From an uncultured Gemmatimonadaceae bacterium (lineage in GTDB: Bacteria; Gemmatimonadota; Gemmatimonadetes; Gemmatimonadales; Gemmatimonadaceae): 64,000 nt of DNA. This document shows, piece by piece, positions 56,866-64,000 of this stretch. Positions within the stretch are counted from its first letter, which is position 1. Every line of letters starts with the position of its first letter. The position numbers and the translations under genes are program-made. The stretch spans positions 64,001-128,000 of the forward strand of contig CAWHHI010000006.1 in assembly GCA_963829055.1 (NCBI GenBank), written 5' to 3'. A model generated the notes under the pieces. That model was given only the letters and a program-made list of their open reading frames with translations. It ran no database searches and was not told the origin of the DNA.

Positions 56866-57879
56866 ATGTCTTTTGTTCATCTGCCGGTACCGTCGGTGGT
56901 TGCGTTCGTCGCGCTGCTCGCCGGGCTCGAGACGAATAGTCTCACGCGCGAAGCACAACAGGCGAGCGCCGCGGCTCCCGCCATCGTCGAGTACCAGATT
57001 CCGCGCGCGGGCAACTTCCCCCACGACCCGGCGGTCGGACCGGATGGGATCGTGTGGTACACGGACCAGACGAACAGCTTCATCGGGCGACTCGATCCCG
57101 CCACCGGCGAGATCACCGACTATCCCACGCCGACGCCGGGCTCAGGGCCGCACGGCATCGAAGCGGGGCCGGACGGGATGGTGTGGTATACGGCGCAGCT
57201 GACCGCTCGTATCGGGCGTCTGGATCCGAAGACGCGCATGATCAAGGAGTTCCCGCTGCCGCCTAACGCGCGAAACCCGCATACCCCGATCGTGCACGGC
57301 GGCAAGATCTGGTTCACCGACGCGAACAACAACACGTACGGCGTCCTGGATCCGAGCACCGGCAACGTGAAGGTGTTCGAGTCGCAGACGCGCGGATCCA
57401 TCCCCTACGGCATGCGCGCCGCGCCGGACGGCTCGGTGTGGATCGCGTTCCTCGGCACCAACAAGCTGGGGCGCGTCGACACGACGACCGGCGCAGTGCG
57501 CGAGTACCCGCTGCCTGACGCGGCTGCGCGACCGCGTCGCCTGCAGGTCACACCTGACGGCATGGTCTGGTACACCGACCACGCTCGCGGCTACCTCGGC
57601 CGCCTCGATCCGGCGACGGGGAAGATCAAGGAGTGGGCGGCGCCGGGCGGCGCACCGGGCCCGTACGGGATCGCCATCGGGACGGATGGCCGCCTCTGGT
57701 TCGATGAGGAGTTCGCGGGAGACATCGTGGCGTTCGACCCACGAACCGAGAAAATGGAAGTCGTGAAGATTCCGACGTCGGGTGCGGTCGTGCGACACAT
57801 GGTCACCGACGCTCCGCGTAAGCGCATCTGGCTCGCGTTGAGCGGCACGGGGCGCATCGGGAAGATCGAGCTGAAGTAG
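56866..57879 (+). CDS. Vgb (virginiamycin B lyase-like) beta-propeller protein
   Basis: Repeated PHG/PYG..GPDG.VWYT..IGRLDP units. Confidence 0.85.
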   Translation: MSFVHLPVPSVVAFVALLAGLETNSLTREAQQASAAAPAIVEYQIPRAGNFPHDPAVGPDGIVWYTDQTNSFIGRLDPATGEITDYPTPTPGSGPHGIEAGPDGMVWYTAQLTARIGRLDPKTRMIKEFPLPPNARNPHTPIVHGGKIWFTDANNNTYGVLDPSTGNVKVFESQTRGSIPYGMRAAPDGSVWIAFLGTNKLGRVDTTTGAVREYPLPDAAARPRRLQVTPDGMVWYTDHARGYLGRLDPATGKIKEWAAPGGAPGPYGIAIGTDGRLWFDEEFAGDIVAFDPRTEKMEVVKIPTSGAVVRHMVTDAPRKRIWLALSGTGRIGKIELK

Positions 57880-57888
57880 TTCTGGCTC

Positions 57889-58046
57889 GTCATTCCGAGC
57901 GGTGTCATTCCGAGCGGAGCCGCGAAGCGGCGGAGTCGAGGAATCGCGATCATACGGGTAGAGAGGCCCTCTCTACCGGGACGATCAGCGATTCCTCGAC
58001 TCGCCTGCGGCGCTCGCTCGGAATGACGCCTCCGCTCGGAATGACA
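57889..58046. repeat. REP-like palindrome with duplicated ends
   Basis: Same family. Confidence 0.9.
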
Positions 58047-58222
58047 CCTACGTCGATTGACAAGATGGGCGCCCCAGCGCAGCATTCCGCTCAGTGCGCG
58101 CTGGGGCGCCTCCTGTCCGCGGCAAGGGAGATTACTCCCACCCATTCGGTTCGCTGCAGCATGTCGAACCTTCTTCCAGCCCGTCACTCAGCGGACGCCG
58201 GGCAGCTACCGGAGGAAGGTCC

Positions 58223-59962
58223 ATGGTCAGACAGCTCACGCCCCAGAGCACCCTCGAGAACCTCAAGAGGGAAGCGAAGCGCTGGCTCCACGCGCTTCGC
58301 GACACCGATCCCGGCGTGCAGCGCGACGCCCGCGCCCGTCTCGATCGCGCGGTGCCTAACGCGCCAGCCCAGCCGTCGCTTGCGCGACGTCCAGCACGCG
58401 CTCGCGCGCGAGCACGGGCTCCCTGGGTGGGCGGCACTCAAGAACGAGCTCGCGGCACGCGCACCAGCCGAGGCGGAGCACGCCAGCCGCATCGCCTGGT
58501 TCATCGAGAACGCGTGCCCCGATCACCACATTCGCAGCGCATCCGCGCACGTGCGATCGTGGCACATCACGCGGCGTCTCCTCGAGCGCTACCCCGACAT
58601 CCCGGGCGACAGCTTCTACACCGCGATCGTCTGCGGCGACATCGACCGTGTGATGAAGACGCTCGCCGACCGGCCCGAGGCCGCAACCGAGAAAGGCGGC
58701 CCCAAAGGGTGGGACCCGCTGCTCTATCTCTGCTTCACGCGCGTTCCGCTCGCCGCGGCCAGCGACAACGCGGTCGCCATCGCGCGGGCGCTGCTGGACA
58801 ACGGCGCCGATCCTAACGCGCACTTCATGGCCGGCGGCAGCGTCTACACGCCGCTCGTCGGCGTCGTCGGCGAAGGCGAAGAGAACCGGCCTCCGCATCC
58901 GCAGCGCGACGCACTCGTGAGACTCCTGCTCGAGCGCGGCGCGCAGCCGTACGACATCCAGGTCATCTACAACACGGGATTCCACGGCCGCATGCTGTGG
59001 TTCCTGGAGATGATCTACGAGCACACTGTGAAGCTCGGCCGCAAGGCCGACTGGGACGATCCCGACTGGTCGATGCTCGGCATGGGTGGCTACGGTTCCG
59101 GCGCGCGATGGATGCTCAACATCGCCGTGCGCAACAATGACCTGACGCTCGCCCGGTGGGTGCTCGAGCACGGCGCGAATCCTAACGCGGCGCCGCCGCG
59201 TCGATCCGCGGATGTCGCAACGTTCGCTGTACGAAGACGCCGTCCTGAATGGGCTTCACCGAGATGGCCGATCTACTCGTCCAGTTCGGCGCAACGCCGA
59301 GCGGAAGACGCTCGAGGGAGTGGACGCGTTCACCGCGGCGTGTCTCCGGCTCGATGCGGCCGCCGCTCGCGGACATTCTCGCACGACACCCGGAATACCT
59401 GCGGGCCCCCGAGCCAATGCTCGCCGCGGCGCACCAGGACCGCGCCGACGTCGTGGCGTTCCTGCTCGATCTCGGCATGTCACCGGACGTCGAGACGCCG
59501 CAGGGGCAACGCGGGCTGCACGTCGCGGCGTACGAGAACAGGATGCGCGTGGCGCAGTTGCTCGTGGAGCGTGGTGCGGCGATCGATCCCTTCGAGAAGA
59601 ACTGGGGCAGCACGCCACTCGGCGCCGCCATCTACGCCCAGAACCGCGCGATGATCGAGTTTCTCGGACGCGTGAGCCGCGACATCTGGGAGCTCACGAA
59701 CTCGGGGAACATCGAGCGTCTCCGCGAGCTGCTGCGCGACGACCCGGATCGGGCGAAGGTGGTGAGCGATGGGCACACGCCGCTCATGTGGCTTCCGCAA
59801 GACGACGAGGCGCGAGCAATGGAGGTGGCGAAGCTGCTGCTCGCGCACGGCGCGGATCCAACGCTCAGGAATAACGATGGAGAAACGGCGGCGGACCGAG
59901 CGGCCAAAGCTGGTCTCCTGGAAGTCGCGGACTTGCTGAATCACAGCTCGAATTCACGATGA
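58223..59962 (+). CDS. Ankyrin repeat protein (several frameshifts)
   Basis: LENLKREAK.W, AREHG..GW..LK, LLDNGADPN, LLAHGADPTLRN. Confidence 0.8.
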
Positions 59963-59989
59963 ACATGCGCCGATTGGCGCCAAGGCAGC

Positions 59990-62728
59990 TCACTCGCTCC
60001 GCAACGATCGCAGCGGATCGATCCCGACCGCTCTCCTCGCCGGAATCACCGCTGCGACGCCGGACGCGAGCAGCATCAGCGCCGCCGACGTCCCGAAGCT
60101 CACGACATCCACCGGGGGAAGTCCGTACAACAACGCCTGCATGGCGCGCGCGACGCCTATCGCACCCACGCTACCGACGACCACGCCTAACAACACCGAT
60201 CGCAGTCCATCCCGCAGCACCAGCCAGAGCACATTCGCCGGACGTGCGCCCAGCGCCATCCGTATGCCGATCTCCTGTGTGCGCCCGGTCACGAGAAAGG
60301 CGACGATCCCGAACACGCCGACGCCGGCGATGACGAGCGCGAGCATCGCGAAGCCGCCGGCGAGCAGCATCGTGAAACGCGGACGCGAGAGGGCGCCGCC
60401 GACCACGGCGTCCAGCGGCTGCACGCTCGCCACGCTGATGGCCGAGTCGAACGCGCGCAGTCGACTCGTCACCGCACCCACGAGTTGCTCCGGCGGAACG
60501 TCGGCGCGCAGCACCAGCGACAGTCCTCGGCCGGGATTCTGCGCGAACGGCAGGAACACGGCCGGAGCCGCAGCCGACTCCACCGACTCCACGCGGACAT
60601 CGCGAACCACGCCTACGATCGTCCGGTACGCGGCGAACGTCCGATCGTCGAACAACACGATCGTCGCGCCGATCGGATCGCCACTCGGCCAGAAACGCTT
60701 CGCCATCGCTTCGTTGATGACGGCGACGCCCGCGGGGCGCGGCGCATCGAGGTCCGTGAGGTCACGCTCGCTGAATCGATCGGCCGAGCTGAAGTCACGA
60801 CCTCGCACGACGGGGATTCCCATCGCCGAGAAATACGTCGGCGTCACGATCTGAATTCCCGCCTTCCACTGGTCAGCGGCGGACGTCGGCGGGCTATGAC
60901 CGTGAGCGCCCGGCGCGTCCGTGCGCCACATGCTCCCCGACCCGACCTCTCCCGTGAGCGGAATGTTCGTCGTCCCCGCAACAGCGCGTACACCCGGGAT
61001 ATGGCTCAGCTCCGCCATGAGCTGATCGTAGTACTGAACGCGCTCGAACCACACACGCGGTTTCGCGAACCTGCCGGTTGCCAGGCGAATCTCGGCGGAA
61101 AGGACATCATGTCGCCGAAAGCCGAGATCCGTCGCTTGCAGCCGTTCGAAGCTCCGAAGCAGCAGCGCGGCGGCGACGGTGAGCACGAACGTGAGCGCGA
61201 CCTGACTACCGACGAGCCACTCGCGAGTTCGCGCGCCCGTCGAGCCGGCGCCCCCAGTTCGGGTCCGCATGGCATCGGTCAGTCGGGTGTCGCGCGAACG
61301 AAGTGCCGGCGCGAGGCCGACGAGTACGGCGGTCACACACGTCACCACGAGCGCGAAGAGAACGACAGGTCGATTGAATGCGACCTCGCCGATCCGCGGA
61401 ATCTCCGTCGGCGCAAGAGCGAGCAGCACGCGACTGCTCCCGTAGGCGACGAGCACTCCGCCCATACCGCCGAGTACCGCGAGCAGGAGTCCTTCGGCCA
61501 TCCACTGCCGCAGCAGTCGCCGCACGCCGGCACCTAACGCGAGACGCACCGCGGTCTCGTGTCGTCGCGCCGTCGCACGCGCCACGGCGAGGGTCGCGAC
61601 GTTGCCGCACGCAACGAGCAGCACACACCCGGCGAGCCCGAACAGCACCAGCAGTATCGCCCGCGTGTTCCCGACGATCGTCTCGCGAAGCGGCGCCATC
61701 TCGAGCGTCCAGCCAGCGTTCGACGCCGGGTACTCGGACGCGAGCTGAGCCGCAATCGCCGAGGCCTCGGTTGTCGCCCGTTCGATCGTTAGGCCCGGCC
61801 GGAGCTTCGCGATCGCACCGTAGTAGCGGAACTGCCGTTCCTCCGCCGCGAGCGTGGGTGAGTACGAGAGTGGCGTCCAGATCTCGGTGCCCACGGGAAA
61901 CGAGAAGCCGCGCGGCGCGACGCCGGCAATCGTGTACGACCAGCGGCCGTCAACGCGGACGGTGCGGCCGACGACATCGCTGGCGCCGCCGAACCGGCGC
62001 TGCCAGAGCTCGTAGCCGATCACTACCTCGTCGAACGATCCAGCGAAGCGAGTGGTGCCATCGTCCGGCGGAAACGTCCGACCGAGGACGGGCCGGGCGC
62101 CGAGCATCTCGAAGAGCGCAGGCGAGACCGCGGCGGCCCGCGATTGCCACGTATCCTGTCCGTCGGAGACGAGAAAATCGCGCTCGCCGAACAACGCGAT
62201 GCGTTCGAGCGTGCGACTCCGCGCACGCAGGTCCACGAACGTCCCGGGCGAGACGGCTCCGCGCTCCACGCGCTGCGTCTGACTGCTTTCCCAGAGGCGG
62301 ACGAGGCGATCCGGGTTGGCGTAGGGAAGCGGGGCGATGACCACGGCATGCAGAACCGAGAACACCGCGGTGTTTGCGCCGATGCCGAGGCTCAGTGCGG
62401 CAACGGCGGCCAGCGTGAAGCCGGGTGCACGCCGGAAGGCACGGATCGCGTGGCGGAGATCCTGCGCCAGATCCTCGAGCCACGAGATGTTTCGTACGTC
62501 CCGCACGTCCTCGGCCGCTCGATCGACGCCGCCGAACGCGAGCCGGGCCGCGCGGCGCGCGGCGTTAGGCTCCATGCCGTTCCGGATGTTCTGCGCCGTT
62601 TCCATGTCGATGTGGAAGGCGAGCTCCGCCGCCATCTCGCGTTCCGTGGCGCGTCGCCGAACGAGTGCGCGCAGGCGTCGGCGCCAGCCGGCCATGCGGT
62701 CCCTGATGTCGGGTACGCGGCGTCGCAT
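59990..62728 (-). CDS. Duplicated MacB/FtsX-type ABC permease (ADOP family)
   Basis: ELAFHIDMET, LGIGANTAVFS, QEIGIRMALGA, IDPLRSLRSE. Confidence 0.92.
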   Translation of the reverse strand: MRRRVPDIRDRMAGWRRRLRALVRRRATEREMAAELAFHIDMETAQNIRNGMEPNAARRAARLAFGGVDRAAEDVRDVRNISWLEDLAQDLRHAIRAFRRAPGFTLAAVAALSLGIGANTAVFSVLHAVVIAPLPYANPDRLVRLWESSQTQRVERGAVSPGTFVDLRARSRTLERIALFGERDFLVSDGQDTWQSRAAAVSPALFEMLGARPVLGRTFPPDDGTTRFAGSFDEVVIGYELWQRRFGGASDVVGRTVRVDGRWSYTIAGVAPRGFSFPVGTEIWTPLSYSPTLAAEERQFRYYGAIAKLRPGLTIERATTEASAIAAQLASEYPASNAGWTLEMAPLRETIVGNTRAILLVLFGLAGCVLLVACGNVATLAVARATARRHETAVRLALGAGVRRLLRQWMAEGLLLAVLGGMGGVLVAYGSSRVLLALAPTEIPRIGEVAFNRPVVLFALVVTCVTAVLVGLAPALRSRDTRLTDAMRTRTGGAGSTGARTREWLVGSQVALTFVLTVAAALLLRSFERLQATDLGFRRHDVLSAEIRLATGRFAKPRVWFERVQYYDQLMAELSHIPGVRAVAGTTNIPLTGEVGSGSMWRTDAPGAHGHSPPTSAADQWKAGIQIVTPTYFSAMGIPVVRGRDFSSADRFSERDLTDLDAPRPAGVAVINEAMAKRFWPSGDPIGATIVLFDDRTFAAYRTIVGVVRDVRVESVESAAAPAVFLPFAQNPGRGLSLVLRADVPPEQLVGAVTSRLRAFDSAISVASVQPLDAVVGGALSRPRFTMLLAGGFAMLALVIAGVGVFGIVAFLVTGRTQEIGIRMALGARPANVLWLVLRDGLRSVLLGVVVGSVGAIGVARAMQALLYGLPPVDVVSFGTSAALMLLASGVAAVIPARRAVGIDPLRSLRSE

Positions 62729-62729
62729 G

Positions 62730-63062
62730 TCAGGACCCGGCGAGTATGAGGTCGACTGCACGAACGTAGTCGCGCCACTCGCGAGTCTCGGCTGTGAGCG
62801 CGCGCTTGCCGGATGCGGTCAGCGTGTAAACCCGAGCCGGCCGATTCTGCTCGGTGCTCTGCCATTCGCTCTCGATCCAGCCCTGCTGCTCGAGGCGCTG
62901 GAGCGCGGGGTAGAGTGAGCCCTGGCCCACGCGCAGAAGGTTCTCGGACTGCTGCTGGATCCGCTGGCTGAGCGCCCAGCCGTGCATCGGTGCGCCGGCG
63001 AGGGTCCTGAGGATGAGCAGGTCGAGCGTGCCGCGCAGGAGGTCGGTCTGCGTCCTGGCCAT
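62730..63062 (-). CDS. PadR family transcriptional regulator
   Basis: LRGTLDLLIL, MHGWA, GQGSLYPALQRLE. Confidence 0.93.
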   Translation of the reverse strand: MARTQTDLLRGTLDLLILRTLAGAPMHGWALSQRIQQQSENLLRVGQGSLYPALQRLEQQGWIESEWQSTEQNRPARVYTLTASGKRALTAETREWRDYVRAVDLILAGS

Positions 63063-63082
63063 CGGGACTGTCGGAAGTCGGT

Positions 63083-63139
63083 GTATTGTCGGAACCCGAC
63101 AACACGATGCGGGGCGTATTGTCGAAAGTCAACAATACG
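63083..63139 (-). promoter_or_regulatory. Two palindromes upstream of padR, probable operator
   Basis: GTATTGTCGGAACCCGACAACAC and CGTATTGTCGAAAGTCAACAATACG. Confidence 0.55.
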
Positions 63140-63160
63140 CTCGCTAGAGGCCGCCGGCCG

Positions 63161-63958
63161 TTAGCCGCCTAACAGTGCCACCCACGTCCCGTCCACGAGG
63201 GCGTGAGTGATGGCGGACGCCGTAATCCGTTGCGTGCGCCAGTAGACCCAGCCATACGCAAGGCCCGCGATGGCAGCGAGCAGCATGTATCGTGGGTCGG
63301 GGAAGTGGGCCAGGCCGAACACGATCGACGCGATTACCCAGCCCGCCCGTGGGCCGAGCCACCGAGCGAGGAGGTTCTGCAGCAGCCCGCGGAAGAGGAA
63401 CTCTTCGGGCACGCCGGTCACGAGATAGATGATGAATGGCGCGCCGGCGACGTGAGTCGCGTCGAGCGCTGGACGCCACGCGATGAAGCCGGTCGCGAAG
63501 CCGATCGGCAGCGCGACGACGGCGTAAGCGAGAAACGCGGTCACCGCCAGGCTGGCGTCGCGGGCGGTCAGGCGGTACGTGTAGCCTATGCCCGGGAGCG
63601 GCCGCGCGACGAGAAAGAGGTACATCGCGTCCACGAGCCCGACGAGCTTTCGCATGTCGACGCCGTTAGGCGCCGGTAGCGGCAGTGCCGGGAGGAGTCG
63701 AAACTCGATGGGCAGCCAGAGCGCCAGAATGACGGCGAGCTCACGCACGGGGACGCGCCGCTCCTCGCCCTGGGTGTCCCGAGCCCCGGCCGCGGCGAGC
63801 AGGAGCGGCGGGAGAAACAGGTATGCCGCATAGATCGGGACGCGCAGTCCGATAGGGAGCCCCGACACGCCGGCATACGCGGTGGTGGCCAGGAAGAGCG
63901 TCGCGGGGCCGGCGAATAGACGTCCGAGCGGGGGCAAACCCTCCACCGCCGACCGCAA
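63161..63958 (-). CDS. CPBP/Abi family intramembrane glutamic endopeptidase (start may lie beyond the window)
   Basis: EEFLFRGLLQ, FGLAH, AITHA. Confidence 0.85.
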   Translation of the reverse strand: MRSAVEGLPPLGRLFAGPATLFLATTAYAGVSGLPIGLRVPIYAAYLFLPPLLLAAAGARDTQGEERRVPVRELAVILALWLPIEFRLLPALPLPAPNGVDMRKLVGLVDAMYLFLVARPLPGIGYTYRLTARDASLAVTAFLAYAVVALPIGFATGFIAWRPALDATHVAGAPFIIYLVTGVPEEFLFRGLLQNLLARWLGPRAGWVIASIVFGLAHFPDPRYMLLAAIAGLAYGWVYWRTQRITASAITHALVDGTWVALLGG

Positions 63959-64000
63959 TGACTGCCTAACGCCGTCGATCGACAGTGCAATGTACGCGCC

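Noticed and set aside
56866..57879. Vgb as a true streptogramin resistance gene
   Set aside because: The family is widespread, this copy has a signal-like N-terminus, and there is no mobile context. Activity cannot be inferred.

Overview
GC-rich bacterial DNA, probably Gemmatimonadota (inferred from two PadR + duplicated ABC-permease pairs and a Ser/Thr kinase starting LERELGGGGMSRVF). Many genes contain single-base frameshifts that look like long-read indel errors. The window holds: a reductive pyrimidine catabolism cluster (deaminase, MmsA, PreA, HydA, NCS1, beta-ureidopropionase) interrupted by unrelated genes; DeaD, Ogt and a CydAB oxidase; and a translationally coupled operon of two TRAFAC-like GTPases, a GAP1-like protein and a very large SEDS(FtsW/RodA)-transpeptidase fusion. 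The most striking part is a ~2.2 kb non-coding stretch upstream of a Ro60/Rsr (TROVE) gene. It contains a tRNA-Arg(ACG), two tRNA-ordered RNAs carrying a bulged-C, Y RNA-like helix in the anticodon arm (one keeps a UCA anticodon loop), several more Y-like stems and an unidentified structured RNA. About 15 REP-like palindromes, heptamer inverted repeats and a strongly over-represented GTTAGGC/GCCTAAC motif are scattered through the window. All calls are by eye; no searches were run.
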